64,000 nucleotides of DNA, taken from contig OX597828.1 of the NCBI GenBank assembly GCA_951406725.2, positions 38,812,001 to 38,876,000 on the forward strand, in the 5' to 3' direction. Both the position numbers and the translations under genes were made by a program. Positions 1 to 11,414 of this stretch are shown here, piece by piece; within the stretch, counting starts at the first letter, position 1; each line of letters starts with the position of its first letter. Source of the stretch: Octopus vulgaris. Its lineage: Eukaryota. The notes under the pieces are model-generated. The model was not told the DNA's origin, ran no database searches, and saw nothing but the letters and a program-made list of their open reading frames with translations.

Positions 1-52
1 AACAAAGCTGCATGCTTCTTGAGGAGTTAAAACAAAATAAGAGGCGTCTTCA

Positions 53-89
<37 letters not shown>

Positions 90-189
90 ATAGTGCATGG
101 GTAAGTATGCAACTACAAATATGAGAGTGTGTGTGCATGTGTTTCAATGAATTGTCCTAGGTTCTTGTTCTGTATACATGCCTGTATAC

Positions 190-231
<42 letters not shown>

Positions 232-459
232 GCTCATACACATAAACCTATCTGTATGCATGTAAATATGTAAGCGTGCATGCATGTGACTGAGTGGTTT
301 CCCTCATATACATATGGTCTATAAACCTGTAATATTTTCTGAAATATTCAATACCATCTTATATATATATATATATATATATGATGTATGTATGTATAAA
401 CCGTAACCAATTCCCACTGCAAACAATGAATTAATTTTTTAAAAATTAATTTTTCTCTC

Positions 460-687
460 TTAAACCTTTAGTGTTTAAACCGGCCATACCAGGCCAAAAT
501 TGTCTTCCTGTTTTATGCTCAAACCAGCCAGCTCTGACCTCTCACACCTACCCTACAAAGTCATTCTAAACATAAACAGGGACATCATCAAAATCTCAGA
601 GTTACAAGATGCCGTACAATTAATTTAAAACAATGTGATTAAACAGGCTTTACATTTGACAGAGGAATCTGAATGCTAAAGGGTTAA
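460..687. mobile_element. TTAA-flanked MITE (piggyBac-like termini), family E
   Basis: ttaa-acctttagtgttt ... gaatgctaaaggg-ttaa. The same ~210-230 bp element recurs at 13153-13381, 49413-49618, 53884-54185 and 54975-55186. Confidence 0.7.
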
Positions 688-890
688 ATACTACTTGGTA
701 TTTTGTATGTATGTGTGTATGTTTGTGATGAATATGTGTGTGCATGTAAATGTGAGTGTACGTATAAATATACAGATATATGTGTATATATATATATATA
801 TAGATAGATAGATAAATAGATAGATAGATAGACATACAGACACATGTATATGTATTTATATACATACATATATGTACAAACATACCTACA

Positions 891-969
<79 letters not shown>

Positions 970-1519
970 CTTTATATCTTTGTCTATCTCTTCACCTCAC
1001 TCTCTCAACCAGCTGTAGAAAATCTACTTCAACAACTTCCATCTAACCCATGCAAGCATAGAAAAGTGGATGTTAAAAGGACAATAATGATGAGTGTGTG
1101 TGAGTATGTGTTTATTATGCAAGACAGTTTATTTGCTATTTACAAACAGAAAAGTGCAATGGAAGAGAGGTTTGAAGTTTCTTTATTGTATTGTATCGTT
1201 TGTTTGCATGTTATATAATTTTTTTCTGGTTTGTATTTGAAGATTATATTTGCTTTCTATAACAAGTAACCTCTTCCAATTCCATTCCACATCACAGCCA
1301 CCACTTCTGCTGCTCATTCTACACACACAACCTTCTTCTTCTTCTTCGTCTTCTCTCTCTTTCTCTCTCATGACTCAGTGTTAAAATGTGTTCTCAGTCT
1401 CCAGTCTCTAAGTCTGTTAATTCAGATATAGCAGTAAAAGCCATTCAAACCACTGTAAATCTATTTCCAATAGGATGGTCCCTTTTTTCTCCTTTGTTTC
1501 TATTCAAATGCACATTGCT

Positions 1520-2420
1520 ACAGCAACAGCAACAACAACCACCAGCACCACCATCGTCACCACCACCACAACTACCACCACAACCATCACCACAACTACC
1601 ACCACCACCATCATCCCTAATATCATCATCACCACCATCACCACCACCACCACCATCCCCAACACCATCATCATCACCACCACCACCACCCCCAACACCA
1701 TCATCATCACCACCACCACCACCATCATAATCCTCGTCACTAGTTTGGTGATCACCAGCACCACCACTACAACCCCCACTATAAAATATATCTACCACTT
1801 CATGTCAGCATAATCCTTATTACCATTATATTACCAGAGCAGGGTGTCGTACTGCTACCACCACCATCCATACATCTAACAATGTCCATCTGGTCTACAG
1901 TGGCATGGGCCACATGGCTCTGTCAGATTAGAAATATCTCCAGCCAACCCCAATCTCTTAGGGTCCTTTACTTCAACAATAATACCACTACCACTACCAC
2001 CACCACCACATCTGCCACCATCATCACCAATACACCTACCACCACTACCATTGCCACCACATCTAGGATCACCACCACCACCACCATGACCACATCTGCT
2101 ACCACCACCACTGACACTACATCTACTACCACCACCACTACCTCCACCACCACCACCATTGCCACTACATCTACCATCACCTCCACCACCATTATCACTA
2201 CATCTACAACATCTGACACCACCACTACATCTACCACCACCACTGCCACCACCAATACATCTACTGCCACCACCACCAGTACCACTAATAACATAACTAC
2301 ATCCACCACTTATGCAGGCTCCTTTCCCACTAACACAACCACTGCCTAATAACCACCTGCACCATTACTGTCAAAACTACTAGTTCATGTACCACCACCA
2401 ACACCACCACCACCAATACT
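1520..2420. repeat. (ACC/CAT/ACT)n trinucleotide low-complexity tracts
   Basis: Imperfect CAC/CAT/ACC runs at ~1520-1780 and ~1980-2420. They produce the poly-Thr/Pro/Val/Gly ORFs in several frames. Confidence 0.9.
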
Positions 2421-3387
2421 GTTTCCATCACTCCAAAGTGGATTAGATTTCTGTGGAATCCATTTCCTGCAGAGCAAAGATGGCTCAATATTTCTTTGTT
2501 CTTATTGGCAAATATTTGTTAAAATAGAAAGAAAATGGTAAAAAAAAGCATGCAGGAATTTAAAAGAAAAAGATAAATGTAAAACAAAACATTGGAGCAT
2601 TTTAGCTCTGTTCTTCACAAGTACTATCATTTCCACCCCCATTAACATTCATCATCACCTCTCCGTCTCTCTCTCTCTCTTTCCCCCACCCTCTACCCTC
2701 CCTCTTTCTCTAAATTTCCATACCACTTTCTCCCTCTCCCTCTCTCTCTCTCTCTCTCAAAACCACACTCCACTACCACCACTCTCTTCTCAAAGACTAA
2801 AGCCACTATCAACATCCTCACTCTCTTTCTCTCTCTCCTCTTCTGAAAACCCTCACACCGTGACCACCTCTCTCTAAAACCCCTCAAACCTACAAACCTG
2901 TTTCTCTCTCCCTCTCCTCACAAATTCTCCAACTACTACTTTCATTATCCCCACCACAAATACTACCCCCCATACCAACAAAACAACAGCAACAAGGCCA
3001 TCATCATCACCACCACTACCACCACTACCATCATCATCATCGTCGTTGTCTTCGTCATGGACAGCAGCAACAGTATAACAACTTGTTCAATGTGCATCTT
3101 GTCTATACAGACATGGTCCAGATGGCCCCATCAGGTTTATTAAACATCTCTACATAAACCTATTCTTTTAGGACTCCTTACATCTGTGGAATCCTTGTCT
3201 GACGACCACAACATCTGTAGGACCTTAATTCTCATATGCCCATATGGAACTTGCTTTATCGTGTTATCATGACATCTGTTGGGGCCCTAATTATCACCAC
3301 ACACACACACACAGAACTCAAATATGCTTAAGAGTAAAGCATTAGGCAAGTACAGAGTGTAATATCAGTTAATGGATGACATAAAAA

Positions 3388-3567
3388 GAGAAGTTAATCA
3401 TCTTCATTAGCTTACAACTGTTTCTGCCGTGAGAAGTAATGCACTCAGAGCTAAGTGCATGTGCAACATCTTATAGCTTCCTCACGGTGCGCAAGCACTC
3501 AGCTCTGTGTGCAATGCTACTCACAGCAGAAGCAGCTGTCAGCGAATAAAAATGATTACATAACTCC
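3388..3567. repeat. Imperfect ~80-bp-arm inverted repeat (fold-back), probably a Penelope-like terminal relic
   Basis: gcttacaactgtttctgccgtgagaagtaatgcactcagagctaagtgcatgtgca is close to the reverse complement of tgcgcaagcactcagctctgtgtgcaatgctactcacagcagaagcagctgtcagc. Confidence 0.75.
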
Positions 3568-3934
3568 CACTCCTGCTATTAATTGATATATATATATATA
3601 TATGGAGTGGCTGTGTGGTAAGTAGCTTGCTTACCAACCACATGGCTGCAGGTTCAGTCCCACTGTGTGGTACCTTAGGCAACTGTCTTCTACTATAGCC
3701 TTGAGCCAACCAATGCCTTGCCGTTCTATATTTAAGAGATGAGGAATTATGTACATTATTTACAGGCATATGGTGTAGTGGTTAAGAGTGCGGGCTACTA
3801 ACCCCAAGATTCCGAGTTCGATTCCAGGCAGTAACTTGAATAATACTAATACTACTACTAATAATAATAATAATATTAACAACAACATCGAAAAATACCT
3901 TACGAATGAGAACCCAGGTTCAAAATTTCCCCAA

Positions 3935-3977
3935 GACACCTGATGAAGGCTGGAGGGTATATCAGCTGAAATGTGTT
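3935..3977 (+). ncRNA. Minimal type I hammerhead ribozyme motif (degenerate copy)
   Basis: gacac-CTGATGA-a-ggctg(10 nt)cagct-GAAA-t-gtgtt. Stem III is 3 nt shorter than in the 24386-24431 copy. Confidence 0.6.
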
Positions 3978-4018
3978 AACAACAAACAAGATGAGGACAA
4001 ATATCCGTCAATTGTAAA

Positions 4019-4400
4019 TCTCTCTCTATATAAACGGCAGTTTGTCTGTGCGTTTTCTGTGTGTCTGTTTTCTCGTACCCTCACTCTGACCACGGCTTTC
4101 AACCGATTCTGATGAAACGTGACACACACATAGCCCAATGTCATAATTCAAAACTAACGCAGCGAAAATTTTGAAAAGTTCCCCCAGTTCTGAAAAAATC
4201 GATAAATTCGACATGGGGTCGAGTATCAGAAACCCAAATCACAGACCGTCTAGGGGACGCAACTCCACCTTTTTTAACTCTCAAAAAAATTTACCATCAT
4301 TTTTTTCCCATTTTTTTGCTATTTTTTGGCTATAACTCTCTAAAAATGCTTTATAGTTATTTCCCTTACAAACCTGAGCAACGCCGGGCGATACTGCTAG
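4019..4400 (+). mobile_element. Non-autonomous Helitron (382 bp)
   Basis: Begins TC and ends CTAG, with a GC-rich subterminal hairpin cctgagcaacgccggg (4373-4388). Inserted between A and T of host tgtaaa|taatgta with no target-site duplication. Confidence 0.9.
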
Positions 4401-4853
4401 TAATGTATAAAAACCTTGTGAATGGATTTGGTAGATGGAAACTGAAAGAAGCCTGTCGTATATATGTATGTGTGTGTGCTTGGGTATGTGTATGTTTGTG
4501 ATTGCTCCCCACCATCGCTTGACAACCGATACTGGTGTGTTTACATCCCCGTAACTTAGCAGTTCAGCAAAAGAGACCAATGCAGTAAGTACTAGGCTTG
4601 AAAAGAATATGTCCTGGGGTCGATTTGTTTGGCTTAAGGCAGTGCTCCAGCACGACTGCAGTCAAATGACTGAAACAAATAAAAGAATATATATATAGTT
4701 TTTCAGTTGCAGGATTTGTAGAATCTAAGTATTTCAATATATAGGATGTATAGGCCAGGTACTGGGCTTGCAAAATTCTTTTGTTGTTTGCTGGCCATGT
4801 GCTGCATCTATGTACATATACAAGTACACACAGACAAATATTATATATATATA

Positions 4854-5263
4854 GGTGTAGGAGTGGTAAGTAGCTTGCTTACCAACCACATGGTTCCAGG
4901 TTCAGTCCCACTGTATGGCACCTTGGGCAAGTGTCGTCTACTATAGCCCCGGGCCAACCAAAACCTTGTGAGTGGATTCGGTAGACAGAAACTGAAAGAA
5001 GCCTGTCATAAATATGCATATATACATATATGTGTATGTGTGTGTGTGTATATGTTTATGTGCTTGTGTTTGTCCCCCCAACATCGCTTGACAACCAATG
5101 CTGGTGTGTTTACGTCCCTGTAACTTAGCGGTTCGACAAAAGACCGATAGAATAAGTACTAGGCTTACAAAGAATAAGTCCTGGGGTCGATTTGCTCGAT
5201 TAAAGGTGGTGCTCCAGCATGGCCACAGTCAAATGACTGAAACAAGTAAAAGAGAGTAAAGAG
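4854..5263 (+). mobile_element. Family A CORE-type SINE, full length
   Basis: tRNA-like head, tggcaccttgggcaagtg core, internal (TA/TG)n, tail gactgaaacaagtaaaagag. Confidence 0.9.
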
Positions 5264-5269
5264 TACTGT

Positions 5270-5582
5270 CTATTAGTCGTAAGACACCCGCTGTTTTTGT
5301 CCTGTTATTACTATTATTGCTTTTTGTATTTATATTCGTGTGGCATCGTCCGTTTTTCTGTCCTTGTTTCATATACATTCGATCCTTTTTCCAAGAAATC
5401 TAATGCTCGTAGCTTAGTTTTTCCTTGGGGCTGGCCGGATCGGAGCAATCTCAAGATTAATCAGCCGAAATTGTGAGGATGATCCGGTTCTTGACTGAAG
5501 ATTGAAGGCTTCGAATGTCCCGTCCATGTTTTTTGTAGTGTCTTCTAAATGTTTTACGTTCTTGTCCCAGTTTGTATTTTTC

Positions 5583-5590
<8 letters not shown>
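5270..5590 (+). mobile_element. Family F short interspersed element ending in (TA)n
   Basis: Shares ctcgtagcttagtttttccttggggctgg ... cagccgaaattg ... ttcttgtccca with 34945-35160 (+) and 14900-15063 (-). Confidence 0.7.
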
Positions 5591-5629
<39 letters not shown>

Positions 5630-6592
5630 GTAGTATTTGTTCTGCCAGAGTTGCACAGATGCTCCCCTTATAGGAAATACTTTTGTCTAATAGAAAATAC
5701 AGGAACCAACAACAGCCCCATTGAAAACCTATAATCAGTGACGCTGTCATTCACAAAACACAATATAGGATTTGAAAAACGAAAAAGACCCTGAGGGGTC
5801 ATGAGATAAATGTAGGTAATTTTGAGGGACTTTCTCTTGGAAAAGTGGAGTTAACAACAACAATAAACATGTCCAGTGTTTGTTATTAACTACTGAATTG
5901 TGTTTGTTAAGGAGAACATAGGATTGCTTGTCAGGAACAGCTTTCTATTTTGTGGCTGAGTGATTCACAATGAGAAAAATACTGAATTATAAAACCAAAC
6001 AAAAAAGAAATACACACCCTAAAGAACAATTGCTTCACTGGCCAATCCAACAAGGGTATTTTCACATGGTCACTCAGCCTGCTAGAAACAGCAGCCAGAA
6101 GTCTTTCAGTAGTTTGGCAGGAAGATTAAATTAATTCAGAATATGTCATAATGACAAAACTAGTCAGTTTAAGCCTCTTTAAAGCTGTTAAAAGCCTTGT
6201 TGTTTAAAAGCAAATCTTAGTTTTATACTGAGATTAAATATTACTTTTTATCTTTTTACTTGTTTCAATCATTAGGCTGTGGCCATGCTGGAGCATGAAT
6301 GAATCAACTCCAGTACTGTTTATGTTTAAAGCCTGGCACTTCTTCTATCGGTCTTTTTGCCAAACTGCAAAGTTACAGATATGCAAATACACCAACACTG
6401 GTTGTTAAGTGGTGGTGAGAGACACATTGTTCATGTTTTGAGAAAAAGTTAGCTGTTATTTCTAGCAAATTGAACAACTATGACAACACAGAGATTCCTC
6501 CTTTGCTGAATCTTCAAGTACTGGAAATAGAGCAAGGAAACTCATCTTCACCTACCTACAACCCAAAACAAAAACAACAAAAATCAAATATA

Positions 6593-6944
6593 GGCGTAGG
6601 AGCGGCTGCTTACCAGCCAAATGGTTCCGGGTTCATTCCCACTGGGTGGCACCTTGGGCAAGTGTCTTCTACTATAGCCTCAACTCGACCAAAGCCTTGT
6701 GAGTGGATTTAGTAGATGGAAACTGAAAGAAATCCGTCGTATATATGTATATGTGTGTGGGTATGTTTGTGTGTCTGTATTTGTCCCACCAACATCGCTT
6801 GACAACCAATGCTGGTGTGTTTACATCCCCATAACTTAGCGGTTCGGCAAAAAGGACCGATAGAATAAGTACTAGTCAATTTGCTCGACTAAAGGTGGTG
6901 CTCCAGCATAGCCACAGTCAAATGACTGAAACAAGTAAAAGAGT
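6593..6944 (+). mobile_element. Family A CORE-type SINE
   Basis: Matches the family A consensus along its length. Confidence 0.9.
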
Positions 6945-7587
6945 ACAAAATTTAAAAACAGCCACCCCTTATACAAACCCATAACCACAAATGGCATTAC
7001 ATGTGTTCCATGTGAAAATAAGTGTGGAAAAGACAAAAGCATTTTAAAATGAACGACCTATTTCCTCACCTAATATTCTTTCTTTGTTTCTTTTCCATTT
7101 TGTTTAACAAGAATAACCAGTTGTCAAGGAATTTTAACAAAATACAAAACTACGAGATTTTTCTTTTTTCTTTGTTTTTGTACCTTTTAGTTTCCTTTAG
7201 TGTTTTTCTTCCATTTTTATGTCAGCCAACAAAATAAAACATTATAAGCAAATTACAATGTGGTCACTCAACTGATTAGAAAGAGAAGTGAAAAACCAGT
7301 AGATGATTAGGCAGGTGTGGACAACTACAGTGTTGTTAAGACATTTCATTTACAGTGACCTGGTTTTTGGCTTGAACTCACTGTGCTGCATCTTAGGCAA
7401 GTATCTCCAACCATAGCATTGGTCATCCAAGGCCTCATAAGTGAAATTTAGAAGATGAAAACTGTGTAGATTTTCACTAGATGGACGATACCTGGACCTT
7501 GGATGGATGATACATGGTCTGTTTGCCAAGTCTGACCTGAAGCTATATTACAACTAACACCACTCCACTCCACTGTACACCAGTGAA

Positions 7588-7905
7588 GGCATGTGGCTTA
7601 GTGGTTAGGGCATACGGTTCATGATTGTAAGGTCATAAGTTCAATTCCCAGTGACGTGTTGTGTCCTTGAGCAAGACACTTTATTTCACGTTGCTCCAGT
7701 CCAGTCAGCTGGTAAAAATGAGCAGTACCTGTATTCGAAAGGGACAGCCTTGTCACACTCTGTGTCACGCTGAATTTCCCTGAGAACTACGTTAAGGGTA
7801 CACGTGTCTGTGTAGTACTCAGCCACTTGCACGTTAATTTCACGAGCAAGCTGTTCCGTTGATCATATCACCTGGGACCCTCGTCATTGTAACCAAGTTA
7901 GTGCT
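7588..7905 (+). mobile_element. tRNA-derived SINE family D
   Basis: A box tggcttagtgg, B box agttcaattcc, CORE-like gtgtccttgagcaagacactt. A second copy lies on the minus strand at ~32020-32315 and a partial one at ~46770-46900. Confidence 0.8.
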
Positions 7906-8244
7906 CCAACTACTACAGCCCCAGATTATATTTTCAATCCGGTTCACTTAACCCTTTCATTATCAACAGAATATCAGAGTCATAGGAATTAATTAATTCA
8001 TCAACATCTGTTTTAATGTCCATTTATACTGTGTTTGCCTGGGTTAGAGTTCATTGAAGCAGACTTTCTACAGCTGGATGCCCTTCCTGTCACCAACCCA
8101 CACCTGTTTCTAAACAAAGTAATATTTCCCCCATGGCCAAACATGTTGTCACAGAATATTGGAAATGAATGACACTGATTGTATAACAGTGACACTCATT
8201 TACAGCTGATACGCATCATCAAGACAAGGACACACACACACACA

Positions 8245-8301
<57 letters not shown>

Positions 8302-9110
8302 GTATGTATGTATGATGTATGTATATAATGGGTTTCTTTCAGTTTCCACGCACAAAATTAACTAACAAGGATTTCATCAGTCCAGAGTTATAGCAGGGGA
8401 TAGTCACCCAAGGTGGGTTTGAACCTGGAACCATGTGGTTGGGAAGCAAACTTCTTAACCACATGCCATACCTGCAAAACTATCAGACACTCATAAAATA
8501 TTGAAAATTAAATAGAATGAAGTTTAGAAAGGGGATTCAAGTGATTCTTATGGGTTAGGCGGTTTGATTTTAAAAAAAACAAAAAAAAAAAAAACAGACG
8601 AGTTACTTCCCTTATATTTTTAGGGTGGGTGTGCAAAAGAGAGAGAGACAGACAGACCAGTGAGTGCGTGTGAAAGAGAGTGATAGAGGCTGATCCGTGT
8701 ATGTGTACATGAGAGAGTGAGGGGAGCAGGGAGATGATATGTGAGAAAGAACAAGACAACAGTTAATGGTTTACAAACCTCTTCAACAGTGTGGGAGAAA
8801 GAAACTGATCAAATTTAGGCATAGTTCCCACCACAACCTCCACAACCACTTTTTTTTTAACCCTTTTCAAATTCATAAACAGACACACCCAAGCCAAGAA
8901 GCTATCGCTTTACATAATTTCCCAAGAAGTGTCTACGCCAACGCAAACATGTGTATGCATGCAGTTATATTTACATCTGTTTAATTTATTTGTTTCAAGT
9001 CACAATTTACAAACAATGCTATCATTGGTTACAGGTTTCCAATGAATCAATCACTGAATTATTGCATTTATGGCAGTGAGAATCAAAACTATATATATAT
9101 ATATATATAG

Positions 9111-9630
9111 TGGCCTACATACCTTTCCTTCTTGGGACACAAAACTCCACTTGTGAAGACCCGTTGAGATAAGTGAAAATCAAATCAAATCAAAATCAAA
9201 ATCAAACCAAATCAGATCGGATATCAGAAGGCGGAACCAAAATCGAGGTCGATCAGCGTCGGTGGAGGTTGCGGCTGTGGTTGGGCGAGCCATCTGATCA
9301 TGGCCGTTGCCGGCGGCGCCCCGACTGGCCTCCGTTCCAATGACACGTAAAAGCACCATCCGTTTGTGTCCGTTGCCAGCCTCGCCTGGCCCCGTGCTGG
9401 TGGCACGTAAAAGCACCATCTGTTCATGGCCGTTTGCCAGCTGCGGGTGGCACGTGAAAAGCACCCACTACACTCACGGAGTGGTTGGCGTTAGGAAGGG
9501 CATCCAGCCGTAGAAACACTGCCAGATCAGACTGGGCCTGGTGCAGCCTTCTGGCTTCACAGAGCCCAGTTGAACCGTCCAACCCATGCTAGCATGGAAA
9601 GCAGACGCTAAATGATGATGATGATGATGA

Positions 9631-9633
<3 letters not shown>
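9111..9633 (+). mobile_element. RTE-LINE 3'-end-derived repeat (family B) with internal ~60-bp tandem units and a (GAT)n tail
   Basis: gagtggttggcgttaggaagggcatccagc ... aacccatgctagcatggaaa ... (gat)n. About 20 copies or fragments, e.g. 11031-11198(-), 13660-13877, 15345-15478(-), 20100-20390, 27445-27690(-), 28490-28655, 38113-38398, 42590-42775, 47797-48185(-), 48640-48837, 58428-58600. Confidence 0.85.
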
Positions 9634-9669
<36 letters not shown>

Positions 9670-10018
9670 AAATTAGAAAATGGAGAAACATACTTAAATC
9701 AATCAAACATCAACCATCAGATGATACCCAATCAATACTTTATTACACCATTACATAACAGTAAAGGCATTATATATATATATAAAGAATATGTGGGGTT
9801 TAGTTCACTTGTGATCTACACAAATAGGTACACTGAGTAAGCGCTATAGTCAGTCGACCATTAGGTTCCAAGATCACAGCTAAAGCTGGATCGAGGGATC
9901 CATATTAGGGTTCCGTTATAGTAGGTAAATATTATATTAGAGGAAAAATCAAAAGCCAAGACAGAACAAATATTTCAAGTCATTTAGAATAATTTAATTA
10001 GGATAAGGTGAATTTGCA

Positions 10019-10098
10019 GTCTTACAGCCGTTTCTGGGATAACCCAAGTGGTAGGTTAGTAAGTATGTCCACACACTGGGTATTCCATCATCAGAGAC
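10019..10098 (-). ncRNA. Type I hammerhead ribozyme with canonical core
   Basis: Minus strand reads gtct-CTGATGA-tggaatacccagtg...cacttgggttatccca-GAAA-c-ggct-g-TA-agac. Stem I gtct/agac, long stem II, GUA cleavage triplet. Confidence 0.75.
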
Positions 10099-10570
10099 AA
10101 GGTATGAATATTTTAGTCAGGGAAAATTTACAGTTTACAAAGAATAAAATTCACAGGTGATAGTTGGCAACAGGAAGAGTACCCATCTGTAGAAAATCTG
10201 CCTCAACAAATCCCATTTGACCCATGTTAGCAGGAAAAAGTGAACATTAAATAATGATGTCTGCATGTAGATCATCAGCATCATCATCTAACATCCATTT
10301 TCTATACTGGCATGCATCGGATTGTTTGACAGGAGGTAGCAAGGCTGAGAGCCACACCAGATTCCATTGTCTGTTTTGGAATGGTTTCTATGGCTGAATG
10401 CCCTTCCTAATGTCAATGAATAACTACACACACAGACACACAAACAATATATAATCACAAATTAATAGGAGTTGATTATGCACAGTAACACTTTTATCAT
10501 CTTATTCAATGTGTCATTCATCAAAACCAGTTTGGAAATGGCCAGTGTGCGTGCGTGCATGCATGCATGC

Positions 10571-11028
10571 GTAAATCTCACAAGAGATATTCAGCAACAG
10601 TACTTTGGAGTAAAGATTATTTGCCAACATAACACGGCAGTCCTGGTTTAGGACGAAAGTTACTGTAATTTAGCCCCAGGAGACATCATCTACAGCTAGC
10701 TGCAAAACACGATCTGCGTCATATTTTTGAACAAGGGAATCTAGCACCCCCACTCAGCTTAAAACAATATCTGTGTATCACGATTTCCAGGTTATTTCCC
10801 TTCATCAGCACAGAATAATTGTTCGGCTAGAGGTGGAGCTGCCAAATTCCCGTTTGAAATATATAGTTTTCAAAGTGACAACTAGTCACTGATCTATAAA
10901 TTAGAAAATTACTATTTGTAAATCACACAACGAGAGATATTCAGATCGTGTCATATAGCCAGCTGGAGACAATGACTCCTGGGACAAAATTACAGCAACA
11001 TTCGTCCTAAACCAGGACTGCCATGTTA
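10571..11028 (-). mobile_element. Element with ~87-bp inverted repeats, an offset direct repeat and an internal hammerhead
   Basis: 10630-10717 is close to the reverse complement of 10942-11028. Direct repeat gtaaatc.cacaa...gagatattcag at 10571-10594 and 10918-10944. HHR at 10770-10814. Confidence 0.75.
10770..10814 (-). ncRNA. Minimal type I hammerhead ribozyme motif
   Basis: Minus strand reads tctgtg-CTGATGA-agggaaataacctg-GAAA-tcgtga-TA-cacaga. Perfect 6-bp stem I and a near-palindromic stem III (atcgtgat). The stem II junction has an extra nucleotide. Confidence 0.65.
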
Positions 11029-11200
11029 CCATCATCATCATCATTGTTTAACGTCCGTTTTCCATGCTAGCATGGGTTGGACGGTTCGACTGGGGTCTGG
11101 GAAGCCAGAAGACTGCACCAGGCTCCAGTCTGATCTAGCAGTGTTTCTACAGCTGGATGCCCTTCCTAATGCCAACCAGTCCGTGAGTGTAGTGGGTATG

Positions 11201-11231
<31 letters not shown>

Positions 11232-11414
11232 GTATAATGACGCAGAACACCTTTCACCATGTGATCAGCTTGAAAAATTGTTAAGATACTAGGATATTTT
11301 CCTACTTTCTTAACATGAAATCAATGGTAGCCTTAATTCACAAATAAAGAAATTATACCCATCAATGCAGTGTTGAGCACTTATTTTCATCGTTCAACAT
11401 TCGCGTATATTCTT

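Larger units (their letters stand above)
3723..4409 (+). mobile_element. tRNA-headed, hammerhead-bearing short retroelement with an inverted copy of its 3' end at the 5' junction
   Basis: 3723-3764 is the reverse complement of the element's 3' end (compare 24467-24510). A box tggtgtagtgg 3771-3781, B box gagttcgattcc 3814-3825, an (AAT)n spacer, then an HHR motif at 3935-3977. Confidence 0.8.
3603..4688 (+). mobile_element. tRNA-derived CORE-type SINE (family A, octopus OR-like), split by nested insertions
   Basis: The head (3603-3720) has A/B-box-like tggctgtgtgg and ggttcagtcc plus CORE-like ggtaccttaggcaa. The body resumes at ~4411 (ccttgtgaatggatttggtaga) and ends in gactgaaacaaataaaaga. 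Confidence 0.85.

Noticed and set aside
1386-2349. Long Pro-, Thr-, Val- and Gly-rich ORFs resembling mucin or extensin
   Set aside because: They are open in most frames because the DNA is (ACC/CAT)n. There is no non-repetitive domain or clear splice context.
3765-3838. tRNA gene
   Set aside because: A and B boxes are present but there is no complete cloverleaf or acceptor stem. It is a SINE head, as in families A, C and D.
4109-4120. CTGATGAAAC as a hammerhead core inside the Helitron
   Set aside because: There is no stem II between CTGATGA and GAAA and no flanking stem I.
9440-9520. Twister or pistol ribozyme upstream of aggaagggcatcc
   Set aside because: It lacks the twister ccggtcccaagcccgg...gaggg elements and the pistol P2/P3 arrangement. 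Only a hairpin followed by TAAAA is shared.
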